NCBI RefSeq assembly: GCF_030144855.1
Contig: NC_082706.1
Span: forward strand, 106,330,001-106,394,000
Direction: 5' to 3'
Length of the DNA: 64,000 nt
Origin: Hypanus sabinus
Lineage: Eukaryota
The notes under the pieces were generated by a model, which saw nothing but the letters and a program-made list of their open reading frames with translations, was not told where the DNA came from and searched no databases. Below, in pieces: positions 1 to 13,994 of this stretch (positions are counted from its first letter, which is position 1; every line of letters starts with the position of its first letter). Both the position numbers and the translations under genes were made by a program.

Positions 1-3000
1 TTGAAGTTCATCAAACAAACATTTCCATAAGATGTACTTCAGACATTGTACATATACATCATATAATCATTTATATCACAAAATCTCCACAAAGTATTTA
101 TCTGGGGTATACACATATAGAAAAGAGTGGAAAGAAAAAAAAAACAAGCAAAAGGAAAGAACTATGTACAAGTAGGGAGTGAATTTTTTTTACAACAGAT
201 TCATTGATTTGTGTGAATAAAATCAGGCCTATTAGGCATTGTGTAGTTAAACCATTTTTGCCAGTATGAATCAAATTGTTCCAGCTTATGATTAACAGAT
301 GCTGTTATCTTCTCCATTTTGTAAATGTCCATTATAATTTCCATCCATGTATTTCTAGTTGGGCTCTCCTGTGACAACGATTTCCTAGTAAGAGTCTTTT
401 TACCAGCCACCAACAGTATATTCATTAAATATTTATCTTTTTTCAACCATTCTTGAGGTATATATCCAAAATATATGGTCTTACTCTCTCCAAGGGTATT
501 TCACATTTAACGATGTCTTGTAGGGCATTGTGTATCCCCCTCCAATAGTTTTTGATAACAGGGCAGTTCCTATCATAATGGGATTTCTGAGAGGGTGTAA
601 TAAAAATATCATCACGTTTTTCCATCCAAACTCCCTCCATTTCCGTGAATTGGTACACTTCCATTGATACCTTCATATTGTTGTGCATTCTTCCTCAGAT
701 AGAATTATCCCTCCTTCCTTTTCCCATTTTGTTTTAATGTATGAAGTCGAATGTGTTTTAAGATTTGATAACCCCTAATGCATGCTTGAAATTATTCTCC
801 TACCATTATCTGAATTATATGCTTTTCTAAAGAGCTCTATCAAGCACGTATTTGCCTTGGTTACATTTTTAAGTGTCTTATTAACATATTGTCGCATCTG
901 TAAATACGAATAAAAATCTTGTTTTTCTAATAAGTGTTTCTCTTTAAGCATTTCAAAACTGAACAGTGTTCCTTCTTTCATTATGTTGCAAAGAACTGTT
1001 ATTCCTTTAGCTGTCCAGTCCTTAAATATAGCATCCAATTTATTTGGTGTAAAATCAGTGTCATATGCACACCATTTAAGAATTGCAATATCTCCCTCTA
1101 GATTATATTCTTTTATGGTTGTTTTCCATATTTTAAGAGTAAATTTCACCCATGGGCTATCAATAGTATTTATGTACCTTTGCAGGTTGTTATCAGCCAA
1201 AATTACTTGTATGGGGATGGGAAGTACCCACTCCTCAATGTTTTTCCATTGAGCGTCATATGATGGGTTATACCAACATATCACAGCTCTCAACTGTGCT
1301 GGAAAATAATAATCTGTAACAGAAGGCAAGCCCCATCCCTCCTTTTCCTTTGCTAATTGCAAAGTTTTGAGATGAACTCTAGTCCTTTTACCATGCCAAA
1401 TATACCTTGACAGCATCTTGTTCCATTCATTGAATTGATTTTGATTAATCTCTATTGGTAGGGTGTGAAAGAGATATAACAGTCTGGGCAGTATATTCAT
1501 TTTAATAGACTCAATCCTTGAACTTAGACTGAAAAAAGGAATCAGGCTCCATTTCACCACATCTTCCTTAATTTTTTATATAGAGGCTGATAATTACATT
1601 CTGATAATTTTGCCAAATCTATTGGCATAATGATGCCCAAATATTTGAAAGACTCTGTGTGCCATGCGCAGGGGTATCAACTTTCAATTTTTCTTGGTGG
1701 GCTATAGTAATATGAAAGTAATTGGGTTTTATCTATGTTGGTCTTGTATCCTGACAATTGACTGATTTGTTCAAAGGATTGCATCAATTTAGATAAAGAG
1801 TATGTTGGTTGCCCTAGATAGATCAAAACGTCATCCGCATAACAAGCCAATTTATGCTCTGTCCCTTTTATAGTAATTCCCGATATCTTCATTTTGTCTG
1901 ATGTATTGAGCTAATTGTTCCAGATATAGCGTGAAGAGTAGTGGTGACCATGCACAACCCTGTCTTGTGCCCCTTTCTAGGGTAAGAATATTTGATAAAT
2001 ATCCATTGATTTTAATCCTAGCAGTAGAATTGTCATATACTGTTTGTATAGTTTTAATAATTATGTCTTGGAAACCAAATCTATGTAGAACTGTGTAAAG
2101 AAAATTCCAATTAACCAGATCAAATGCTTTTTCAGCGTCCATACTTATCACTATTGCTTTGATTTTATTTTTTTGTATATAATCCATAATGTGAAGTGTC
2201 CTTCGTATATTGTCTTGAGTCTGGCATTGTCGTATAAAACCTGTCTGATCATTGCGTATCAATATGGGTAGAAACTCCTCTAATCATTTGGCCATGATGG
2301 AGGTAAATAACCAATAATCTACATTAAGAATGGATATTGGTCTAAATGACCTGCATTCCATTTTATCCTTGCCTTCTTTCAGTATAGCTGAGATTATTGC
2401 TTCCTTCCAACTGGGTGGCATTTGTGCCTTTTTCAGAGCCCAGTTCAGTGTGGGGAGTAAAACAGGAATTAACTCATTTTTAAATTCTTTGTACCACTCT
2501 GCCATATACCCATCTGATCCTGGTGACTTGCTTAATTTAAGTCTACTAATTGCAGCTTTTAATTAAACTTCAGTTATGTCAGTAGTCATCCTTCTATTTT
2601 GTTCTTCACTTAAAGTGGGTAACTCTAGAGAATTCAAGAAGGTGTCAATTTGGGTTATGCTTCCCCCTGGAACTTTGGAATATAGCGTTTTGTAAAACAC
2701 TTCAAAAGCTTCTTGAATTTCACTTAGCTTGTTTTTTATCATTTTCGTTCCTGGGTCCCTAATTCTATGAACTGTATTTTCTATCTCTTTTTTTTGTTTC
2801 CACACCAGTATTTTCATAGATTTCGATCCACTTTCATAATATCTCTGTTTCAGAACCATTAAGTGTTTCCTGATTTCTTGTGTAGCCAAATTATTTATTT
2901 CATTCCAAATTCTTTCAATTTCCCCTAATGTATCCTGTGCCAAATTCAATTCATGTTTTTTCTCTAGTTCCTTCTGCCTATTTTGTAATTCCTCTAATGT

Positions 3001-4227
3001 TTTATTCCTTTTTATTCTTATATAAAGATATCACTATAATTTTCCCTCTTAAGACTGCCTTCAGATTATCTCATAAAATGGGAGGTGAAACCTCTCCATT
3101 ATCATTAATTTCTAAGTAGAGACCAATTTCTTTTTTAATTTGTTCCTTAAAGTATGGATCATTGAGTAGACTTGAATTTAGTTTCCAAATAGTATTCTTT
3201 GGTTGTAGGTCAAAATCAACAGATAAATATATAGATGCATGGTCACTTACATCTACTGTCCGAATTTCACAGGTATTTATTTTGTCTTTGTCTTTTCCAA
3301 ATGTTATGAAATAGTCTATTCTTGTATATACAGAACGTGGAGCAGAATAATGAGTGTAATCCCTTCTGTCAGGGAAAAGGTCCCTCCATATATCAATTAA
3401 ACCAACATCCTCAAAATGTGTATTAACTTTCTTATGTAAAGATTTTGTTTCATAGGTTTTTCTATTGGAAGAGTCTAAGTTTGGTTGTAATTGTAAATTT
3501 AAGTCTCCCACACATATCAGGAGACCTTCTGTTTCCGTTACCATAATATCAGTAATTTTCTGAAAGAAACCAACATTTCTTCCCGGGGGTGCATATATAT
3601 TCAATAAAGTAACTGAATTGCCGTCTATATTCCCCCTTAGCAGAATATATCTGCCTTCTTTATTTCCCATTTCGAATATTTTTTCAAAATTTAGCTTACT
3701 TGAGATAAGAACAGCAACTCCTCTCCTATGTCCTGATTGATATGAGGAGAAAAACAGATTAGCGAAGCCCATTCTCTTTAGTTTTTTATGCTCATTATCA
3801 CTTAAATGAGTTTCCTGTAAATATACTACATGGGCTTGTTCTTTTTTCATTTTGGATAAAATTCTCTTATGTCTGATTGGATTTAATAGCCCATTTACAT
3901 TAAAAGAAATTAATTTTACCTTGTCCTTAGCCATTTGTATTTATCTGTCAATGTATCATTGAAATTAGAATAAAACTTAATCGATCTACTCCCTGAACAA
4001 ATAAGAACCAAGTAACTCAAATAATAACAAAAATGCCAACGAACGTGTGATTCCAAGGCTGAGGTCTCTAGTAAATGACCCTCTGTTGAGCTAGAGGAAA
4101 TGTCTATCTGTTGGGGGTAACCCCTCCTACTTGTGGGTTGAGGGCCCCCATTGCAGTATTCATAAAAGTCAGTGAACAAATCCATTACACAGAAAATATT
4201 TCCGTGTACTCCTCCTCCTATATATAA

Positions 4228-4268
<41 letters not shown>

Positions 4269-5610
4269 ACACACACACACACAAATATATATACTCATTT
4301 TGGTGGGGAAAAAGGAGTAAGTGTGCGAATAAAGAATAACAAATAAGTAATATAATATCCACATTGTAATAAGTATTTCTTGAGATAGGCATACCACCAT
4401 GTACTTTTGCTCCTGTTTAGCTTCTCAGCATTTTTAATGTTAGCCAAACCTTATGGCTCTTCTGAAAGGGGTGAGGACTGTCTTTGGGGAACTCCCAGTC
4501 TCTTCCTGATACGTTTCTCTCGGCCTCCTCCCGTCTCCTGCCTTCTCAATTCTCGCACTATTTCCCAAGCCGAGCGAGACAATTCCTCAGCCAGGCTTTC
4601 TTTCGTTTTGCTCATGCTGACGGGCAGCCCTCTGGCCTTCATGTCTGTAGTCGCTTCTTCCACTGTCTGGTACAACTGCATCCCGTTGTCATAAACGCTC
4701 GAAGTTTAGCAGGGTACAGAGTTTGAAATCTAATCTTATTTTGCTTTAGTACTCGCTTTACTTCAGAGTATTCTTTGCGTTTCTGGAGGACCGCGGGTGG
4801 GGGGGGGGTAATCTTGGTCGAAATATATTAATTTATCCTCTAAAAACACTCTCTTCTTACCCCAGGCCCTTCGTAGAATCTCCGCCTTGGTGCTGTACCG
4901 AAGGAATTTAATTATAATTGATAGTGGCTTTCTGTCCTGGGTAGGTTTTGGGACAGCTTTCGACTTCAGCTCCATAGCAGGGGGAAGATCTAGCGCGTCC
5001 CGCAGTAACTTTCCGACAAACTCCGTCATAGACGGGCCTATAACTCCGATATATGACGGCCTATAACCCCGTCATAGACGTTCCTTCGGGAACGTTGTAG
5101 ATTCTGATATTTTTCCGCCGTGCTCTTCCCTCCAGGTCAAACAGTTTACCTTCTTGGTGATGTATGATTTTTATTGTCAGTTTATCCGTTCCACGTTTTG
5201 AACGCGATCTTCCACCTTCTCAATGCGAGTCTCTGCCACCGCTATTTTTTGATTAACGCTGGCGAGCTCAGCCCTCATATCATGGAGCTGCTGCTTTATA
5301 TCTTTCTGGACCTCCATTATTTCTTTTCGGATTTCGAAGGCATCCGCCGCTTCTCCTGAAAGAAGCCCGGCGGCCGCCTCGCTCGCACGTGGTCGGGTAG
5401 GAGAGCCGCCCGCTGCACTCCTCTCGGACGCAGGCTCCGCAGAGTCGCTTTTTTTTATTTCCATTTCTTTTCCCCATTCATGCCCCTCTTTTCAGTTCAA
5501 ATATTTTTCGAAAAATATTATATTTGACGCGTTAATGGGGCTTAATACGCGTTTTTCCGGAGGAGCTTGTGACTTAAGCTGCCGTTCTCGGCGATGACGT
5601 CACCGGAAAA
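1..5610 (-). mobile_element. Near full-length L1-clade non-LTR retrotransposon, frameshifted (ORF1 about 5477-4451, ORF2 about 3934-201); 3' tail probably runs off the left edge
   Basis: ORF1 remnant reads DLEGRARRKNIRIYNVPEG (about 5140-5085) and LIYFDQDYPP. ORF2 has an APE endonuclease (SFNVNGL, YLQETHL, GDLN, YTRIDYF, SDH) and RT motifs ([34 protein letters not shown]). It is split across many ORF-track pieces by frameshifts and stops. Confidence 0.95.
4231..4283. repeat. (CA)n microsatellite in the L1 inter-ORF spacer
   Basis: About 26 CA units with one interruption, seen directly. Confidence 0.97.
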
Positions 5611-7000
5611 CCCAGGGCTTCAGGTTAGAGCCGTTTGTAGTTGAACATACTAGAGGATCAGTTATACAGGATTAGATATTATGTAATGAACCAGAGGCAA
5701 TTAGGAGGCTTAAAAAAACCCTTAGGAGGCAGTGATCCTAATATGATTGTGTTTAACTTGTAATTTGATAGGTTGAAAGTAAAGTCTAACATAGCAGTAT
5801 TTCAGTGCAGTAGAAAAAAATACAGTGGTATAAGAGTGGAGCTGGTCAAAGTAAATTGGAAGTTGCTGACAGGGATGTCAGCAGAGCAGCAATGCCGTGG
5901 GTTTCTTGGAATAATGAGGAAGGTGCCTTATTGATGAATTCCAAATACAAAGAAATACTCAAATGGCAAAATAGTACAACCCGGGCTGACAAGGGAATTC
6001 AAAGTTAATGCAAAGGAAAAAGAGATAGCATACAATAAAGCAAAAATCAGTGGGAAGGTAAAGAATTGTGAAGCTTTTAAAAACCTATAGAGAGCAACTA
6101 AAATAATCATTAGGAAGGCAAATATAAAAAATGAAAGCAAGTTAGCAAACAATAATAAAGTGGATATTTAAAGCTTTTTCAAGTGTGAAAAAATAAAAGA
6201 GATGAGAGTGGATATACGACAGCTATAAAATGAGGCCAGAGAAGTAATAACGGGGGACAAAGAGATGGCAGAGGAACTAAACGAGTATCTTGTAGCAGTC
6301 TTCACTGTGGAAGACACTAGATGTTGAAGGATGTGAGGTAAGAGAAGTGAGTGGAGTTGCTATTACAAGAAAGGAAGTACACAAAAAGCTGAGTTACCTA
6401 ACGGTACTAAAGTTACTTGGGAGAGATGAACTGCACCCCATGGTTCTGAAAAAGGCAGTGGTAGAGATTATGGAGGCATAACTAATGATCTTTCAAAAAT
6501 CATTGGACTCTGGCATGGTGCCAGAGAACTGGAAAAATGTAAATGTTACCCCATTCTTTACGAAAGGGGGAAGGCAGCAGAAAAGAAATTATAGACCGGT
6601 CAGCCTTACCTCAGTGGTTGGGAAGATGTTGTATTCAATTGTTGAGGATGACGTTATGGAGTACTTGGTGACAAAGGTCACGATAGGACAAACTCATCAT
6701 GGTTTCCTTAAGGGAAAGTCTTGTCTGATGAACTGGTTAGAATTATTTGAGAAAATTACAAGGATATAGAAAAAGGGAGTGCAGTGGATGTTGTATATTT
6801 GGACATTGAGAAGGCCTTTGACACGGTGCCACACATGAGACTGTTAAGAGCCCATGGTACACAGGGAAGTTATTGGCATAGTTAGAAAATTGGTTGATTG
6901 GTATGTGTCAGCGTGAGAGAATAAACAGATCAATTTCTGTGTTGATTGCCAGTAACTAGTGGTGCTCCACAGGGGTCGGTATTGGGTCCACATCCTTTAA
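5611..7000 (+). mobile_element. Decayed CR1 LINE fragment (endonuclease end to RT)
   Basis: ORF 6485-6769: WKNVNVTPFFTKGGRQQKRNYRPVSLTSVVGK...HGFLKGKSCLMN, followed by a VYLDxxKAFD-like motif. Confidence 0.9.
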
Positions 7001-7002
7001 TG

Positions 7003-9922
7003 CATAGAAACATAGAAACATGGAAAACTTACAGCACACTACAGGCCCTTTGGCCCACAAAGTTCTGCCGAACATGTCCTTACCTTAGAAATTACTAGGG
7101 TTACCCACAGTCCTTTATTTTTCTAAGCTGCATGTACTTACCCAAAAGTCTCTTGAAAGACCCCATTGTATCCGCCTCCACCACCGTTGCCGGCAGCCCA
7201 TTCCATGCACTCACCACTCTCCGCATAAAAAAACTTACTCCTAACATCTTCTCTGTACCTTCTCCCCAGTACCTTAAACCTGTGTCCTCCTGTGGCAGCC
7301 ATTTCAACCCTGGGAAAAAGCATCTGACTTTCAATGCCTTTCATCACCTTATACACCTCTATTAGGTCTCCTCTCATTCTCCGTCGCTCCAAGGAGAAAA
7401 GGCCCTGGGAAAAAGCATCTGACTTTCAATGCCTTTCATCACCTTATACACCTCTATTAGGTCTCCTCTCATTCTCCGTCGCTCCAAGGAGAAAAGGCCG
7501 AGTTCACTCAACCTTTTTTCATTAGGTATGCTCCCCAATCCAGGCAACATCCTTGTAAATCTCCTCTGCACCCTTTCTATGGTTTCTACATCCTTCCTAT
7601 ACTGAGGCGACCAGAACCGAGTACAGTACTCCAAATGGGGTCTGACAAGGGTCCTATATACCTGCAACATTATCTCTTGGCTCCTAAGTTCAATTCCACA
7701 ATTGATGATGGCCAATACACCATATGTCTTATTAACCACAGAGTCAATCTACGCAGCTGCTTTGAGCATCCTATGGACTCGGACCCCTCAGATCCTCCAC
7801 ACTGCCAAGAGTCTTACCATTAATACTATATTCTGTCATCATATTTGACCTACCAAAATGAACCACCTCACACCTATCTGGGTTGAACTCCATCTGCCAC
7901 TTCTCAGCCTAGTTTTGCATCCTATCAATGTCTCTCTGCAACCTCTGACAGTCCTCCACACTATCCACAACACCCCCAACCATTGTGACATCATCAAACT
8001 GACTAAACCATTCCTCCACTTCTGCATCCAGGTCATTTATAACAAGTACAAAGAGTAAGGATCCCAGAACAGATCCCTGAGGCAGACCGCTGGTCACCAA
8101 CTACCATGCAGAATATCACCAGTCTACAACCACTCTGCCTTCTATGGCCAAGCCAGCTCGGGATCCACAAGGAAATGTCCCCTTGGATCCCATGCCTCCT
8201 TACTTTTCAATAAGCTTTGCGTTGGGTAACTTACCAAATGCCTTGCTGAAATCCATATACACTATATCTACTGCTCTTCCGTAATCAATGCGCTTAGTCA
8301 CATCCTTAAAAAGTTTAAAGATGCTCGTAAGGCAGGACCTGCCCTTGATAAAGCCATACTGACTGTTACTAATCATACTACACCTCTCCAAATGTTCATA
8401 AATCCTGCCTCTCAGGAACTTCTCCATCAGCTTACCAACCACTGAAATAAGAGTCACTGGTCTATAATTTCCTGGGCTATCTCTACTCCCTTTTTTGAAT
8501 AAAGGAGTAACATCTGCAACCCTCCAATCCTATGGACGATCTCCTGTCCCCATTGATGATGCAAAGATCATTGCCAGAGGCTCAGCAATCTCCTCCTTCG
8601 CCTCCTACAGTAGCCTGGGGTACATTTCATCCGATCCCAGCGACTTATCCAATTTGATGCTTTCAAAAAGCTCCAGCACATCCTCCTTCTTAATATCTAC
8701 ATGCTCAAGCTTTTCAGTCCGCTGCAACACATCACTACTATCACCAAGATCCCTTCCCATAGTGAATACTGAAGTGTTCATTAAGTACCTCCGCTATGTC
8801 CTCCAGTTCCATACACACTTTCCCACTGTCAAACTTGATTGGTCCTATTTTTTCACGTCTTATCCTCTTGCTCTTCACATACTTGTAGAATGCTTTGGAG
8901 TTTTCCTTAATCCTGCCCGCCAAGGCCTTCCCTTGGTCCCTTCTGGCTCTCATAATTTCCTTCTTAAGCTCCTTCCTGTTAGACTTATAATCCTCCAGAT
9001 CTCGAACATTACCTAGCTCTCTGAACCTTTCGTAAGTTTTTCTTTTCTTCTTGACTAGATTTACTACAGCCTTTGTACACCACGGTTCCTATACCCTACC
9101 ATAACTTCCCTGTCTCATTGGAAAATACCTATGCAGAACTCCACACAAATATCCCTGAACATTTGCCACATTTCTTCTGTACCTTTTCCTGAGAACATCT
9201 TTTCCCAATTTAAGCTTCCAAGTTCCTGCCTGATAGCCTCATAATTCCCTACTGCAATTTAATGCTCTTCTAACTTGTTATTGTAAAGGAGTTAGAATTA
9301 CGATCACTATCTCCAAAATGCTCTCCTACTGAGAGATCTGACACCTGAGCAGGTTCATTTCCCAATACCAGATCAAGTACAGCCTCTCCTCTTGCAGGTT
9401 TATCTATAGATTGTGTCAAGAAACCTTGCTGCACACTCCTAACAAACTCCACCCCATCTAAACTCCTTGCTCTAGGGAGATGCCAATCGATATTTGGGAA
9501 ATTAAAATCTCCCACCCCGACAACGCTGTTATTATTACACGTTTCCAGGATCTGTTTCCCTATCTGCTCCTTGATATCTCTGTTACTATTGGGCGGCCTA
9601 TAAAAACATCCAGTAGAGTTATTGACCCCTTCCTGTTCCTAACCTCCATCCACAGAGACTCCGTAGACAATCCTACCACGGCGTCCGCTTTTTCTGCAGC
9701 CGCGACACTATCTCTGATCAACAGTGCCATGCCCCCACCTCCTTTGCCTCCCTCCCTGTCCTTTCTGAAACATCTAAGACCTGGCACTTGAAGTAACCAT
9801 TTCTGTCCCTGAGCCATCCAAGTCTCCGCGGTGGCCAGCGCATCATAGCTCCAAGTACTGATCCACGCTCCAAGCTTATCCGTTTCGTTCACAATACTCC
9901 TTGCGTTAAAATTGACACATCA
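7003..9922 (-). mobile_element. CR1 LINE, 5'-truncated, with intact 3' tail; ORF2 broken
   Basis: CATAGAAACATAGAAA tail at 7003; RPHLEYC/ERVQRRFTRMLPG, PQGSVLG, YMDFSKAF, GDFNFPNIDW and AETW motifs in minus-strand ORFs. Confidence 0.95.
7308..7499. repeat. Apparently perfect 95-bp tandem duplication inside the CR1
   Basis: CCCTGGGAAAAAGCATCTGAC...GAGAAAAGG at 7308 and again at 7403. Confidence 0.9.
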
Positions 9923-11449
9923 CAAAGCCACCATTCACATGGAAGACCTCTAAACAGCTGTTTCAACCGTTCCACAAAGGAAATCATCACTGATGTTCAG
10001 GAAATCAACACAATCAAAGCTTTATTTCTTCAGAGCCAATTCATTTTTGTTCACTTACATGTTCAAAATCGCAATATATTTTAATAGCAAGTTGCGTTCT
10101 ATTCCAAAACATTACGATTTTGTGCATTTTACATTGACTTTGTGTATGATCAGCATTCATTTAGGATTACAATAATGAAAATTGCATAAGTGATAAGAAC
10201 ATTCCAAAACTTTACAAAACGTATTGTAATAGAAAAAAATCAACGCCTGGACTGATAGCCTGCCATTTCTAGATATTAAAGTGACTCAGAGGAAAATATT
10301 TTAAATCATTATGCTATTCATTTATGACATGAGAATAATAATTGACATGTTAGAGGTTAACTGTGAAGAACATGCCATCAACAAGCAATATTGCAAACAA
10401 CAACTTAGGTGAAAAAAATTCATGGTAATATAAGATGGCAGGAAATATTCATTTCATATATATATTCTATCCGTGGAATTTCACAAATTAGAAAGATGAA
10501 GACGTTTGAAGAGGCCTACTTCATTGCAGTTAGACTAATGTCTTATGGTTAGCAGTTCCTGCAGAATGACAGGACAAACATACAGAGGGGAGATGATACT
10601 ATGTAGACACCTGGAAATGCAATTGTGCAATTGTTGCCAGTTATTTGGAATGAAGTAATCTGTAAATTTCTGCATTTTACTGAAACTAAAATATGATTAT
10701 GAGGATGCAGCTTAGTTGTAGTTGAAGAAAAGATGCAGTTCATAATTCCATGACTCTCTTCTTGCTTTTACTTTTGTTGGCTTACCTGACGTTGCCAAAA
10801 ATTGATTAGGTTCCAACAGATTGGCTTTGGGTCATAACTTCGATCTCTATACCCCGTGATACCCTTTTTCATGGTACAATACATTTCTACTGCAGCTGGT
10901 TTTATCTTCACAGTGCTAATGAAGACGCACAAGAAAATGCATACACAGATTGAATATAGAAATGGGAATTTTGCGTTATGTTTGCTCAGCCTGCAAAGTC
11001 CATATCCTGAAATAACCTGTGACTAAATTTCACTCAATAAAGTCACTATCTCTCATTATTTGAAACTTTTAACCTTTCCACAACAACTTCTATTTATAAA
11101 GCACTTACAAAAGGACCAAGTAAACAGATGCGTAATCAAACAAAAAATGGAGAAATGAAGGATCCAATTTTGACGAAAGCAATTGGTCTTAATGATTAGC
11201 CCAAGGGAAAGATGATAGGTGGCAAGATAGGAAACTTCAGGGTGACGTTCCGGGGCGAAGGAGTTCACTATTCGAAGGCTACCAGTTGTTCAGCAACTAA
11301 TTTCAAGGATGAACGAGAGCAAGAAATGTTGGAAACAGGTGTACGAAAAGACTTCCGTGCAAGGGAAATGGAGAGATTTGAATATTAGATTCAAATTTTA
11401 TAACAAGATGCTATTCATCATCTCTCTTCATCAGTAGGAGGAGGCACGG

Positions 11450-12080
11450 AAGGATCAATGTGTAGGTGAAACAGATGGATACTTCACTCTTTATCTTACA
11501 CCTGTGCGCTTCGGTTTTCTCCATGCCAGCTACGAAGGTCAAGTTTCCTACCGTCTATCCCGTGCTTGTCCCTCTTAGTTCTGTTTATCGCAGTTTCTTC
11601 GGAATTCAGACGCTCCAGTATCTTCTCATCACCGAAACTCTCCATCACAGGCAACCTCGTGATGAATATCCTCTTCACCCTCTTTCGTGCAATCGCATCC
11701 TCCCCATAGTTAGTAACCAGAACAGAACACAGCACTCCGGCTTTGGCCCTGTAAAATAACATTGTGTCACAGACTCGCTGTTCTTATATTCTAAGCCCTG
11801 GATAAAGAGCGCACGTATCTCACATGCTTTCCTCTCCACCCTTTCTGCCGGCGATTCTACCTTTAGGGATCCTTGGACATGCACTCAAAGCTTGGTCAGT
11901 CATTTTCCCTGGGGCCCGACTGTGCAACGTGCATGATTTGACCTTATTAGTCGGCCTAGAAACGCCTTGAATCACATTTAGGATTAAATTTCATTTGCCA
12001 ATACTCTGCTTCACTTCCCAATTGATCACCATCGTCTTGTACCTACGATTCCTTTGTGACATCCCTGGGTATCTTCTTTG
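11450..12080 (-). mobile_element. Old CR1 3'-region relic shared by the duplicated units (paralogues about 24530-25140 and 62020-62690)
   Basis: Minus ORFs (VLCSVLVTNYGEDAIARKRV..., ESFSDEKTLEGLG) are degenerate versions of the CR1 ORF2 C-terminus; same position in three copies. Confidence 0.75.
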
Positions 12081-12949
12081 TTTGCGGGTAAATTGATCAA
12101 TCCGGAAAATGAATCAAACCAACACCGTACACACATAAGGCGCTAGGTCGATGCTCGTCACCAATTAATGTTTAAATCAGGCACTGACGGACCTATTTCA
12201 ATCAAAGTCATTAAAGGATGTATAATTGGGTCCAAAAGCGGTTGGGCTTGGTTTTCTGGATATTTTTGCCTGTGTATGGTACCATTAAAATACAATTCAT
12301 TTATCGTGTTGAGATCGGGAAATTCGGCGTATTTTTCGGTGGGATGCGTTCATTGAAATCTGACGAACTGTCTTAACAATAAAGCACTCAAAAGGCAGGA
12401 AGCGTAGGCATCTGGAGCAATAAAAAGCAACGTGTTGAAGCCACGTAGTCAGGTAACAAAAATAGGGGAAGAAGGACGTAGACTTTTCTGCATCTGGATC
12501 CTATGATAGGAAACCCACTTCCAGCTCGCGCTCTAATAGATTCACGTTTCCACGTGCGGCGAGCAGGTGAAGTGGCAGGAGCGGCGCGGGGAGTGGGGTC
12601 TAGCAATCTCTGCCACATTATAATAATCAGTAAGTGGGGCAGACCACCACCACCGCTGAGCTCAGAGCTGAACAAAGTAGAGTTTAAATTTAATGTCGCG
12701 ACTCGGTTCCAGTGACTACGCAAACAATACATTGATTTCTGCTACTTATCCAAGCCCCTGGGACCCACCATCTGCAGTGAAACAGGGCGCTGGAGAGGTT
12801 AACGCAAGTAGCCTCCATCCTTGCTCAGTCAGTTCTCTCTTTGTCACATCTGCTCGATAGCAGCTCTCAGGGATATAGGGCAGAGTGGAAGGTTGTGGAA
12901 GGTTTTCGAAGGCTTCTTTCACTCGACTAGTTTAACACGGATCACGTGT

Positions 12950-13240
12950 ACCAAACAGACAGATCCCAATCATACTCCCTTTGCTGAAGGCCATTACCCT
13001 CAAAGCAGCATTGGCCGCGACAGCAGCTCGCTATATTCCGCTGTCCTGGGCCAGCCTTTTAAGTTCTGCCAAGGTGTAGCCCATCTCCTTGGCCTATCCT
13101 TCCTCTCCCAGAGAGCTTCTGTAGGCTTTTCTGTAGTTCTGAAGTTTTACTCGATGGGGTTGCTAACCCCATATCCAACCCATCCTCCTTTCGCAGCTGG
13201 GCTTGTGACCGTCCGTGGCGGAGTTAGATCCCGATCATGA
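12950..13240 (-). mobile_element. Probable RTE-like LINE 5' fragment (paralogue about 26670-26900)
   Basis: Minus strand GGTTGGATATGGGGTTAGCAACCCCATCGAGTAAAAC resembles RTE-clade 5' regions as I recall them; no ORF support. Confidence 0.4.
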
Positions 13241-13994
13241 TTAGTGTTGTTGGGCGACCAGCACCAGCCTTGACGCAGTGATTGAAATAATAAATTTACA
13301 TAATGAATTTAACTGGTTCCACTAAATTCTTTAACTCACAGTTTGGGAATCGGGTGTCCTCGTCGAAATCGTCGTTTATTGCCCACCCGCTACCTCGGAG
13401 AACACATAACAGTGCCTACAGGAGCAGGTGAGGGGTTGCGGGGGGGGGGGGGCGTACTCGCAGCCTGACATCCCGAAGCATTTCTGCCACCTTATACAGA
13501 AGGTGGAAATGAGCTACCTCGTCGGACGCTGCAATCGTTCTTGTGAAGGTGCTCTCTCAGGGCTGTGAGGGAGCTCCCGGATTTCGATTCAGTGATAATT
13601 GAGGAGCGATGATGTACAGTATATTTCATTTCTGGACATTATATAAATAAGAACATGAACATTTTTGCTTCCTGCACCCTTTCGTCTATAGGAGTAGCGT
13701 AGCCGGGTGCATTTTGTTGTTTTCTGCACCCACAGTGAGACTTTGGGAGATTGAAGTTTTGTGTGTTTGATAGGTGTCGGTCACAAGGATCACTTCCCCC
13801 TGGAGATAGAGAACTGCTGAAGTTGCACTATCCAGACAGGTAGAGAGCATTCCATCACACGTGTGTGCCCGAAGGCCTATTTCTGCTCTGTAAAACTCTC
13901 TATCATTCTCCCTGGCAGAAATGCTTCGGCACGTCGCAAATGGCCCCTAACACCCGTGTAGGCAAGGTCATTAATCTGAAGCAATCTGACCCCA

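Noticed and set aside
3916-4400. ORFs with CVCVCV repeats
   Set aside because: Translation artefact of the (CA)n microsatellite in the L1 spacer.
7308-7499. 95-bp direct repeat as a CRISPR-like or functional array
   Set aside because: Two adjacent units with no spacer inside a dead CR1; a simple tandem duplication or assembly artefact.
13731-13770. CACAGTG here and near 27117 as orphan RSS
   Set aside because: No nonamer at 12 or 23 bp and no adjacent V-like exon.
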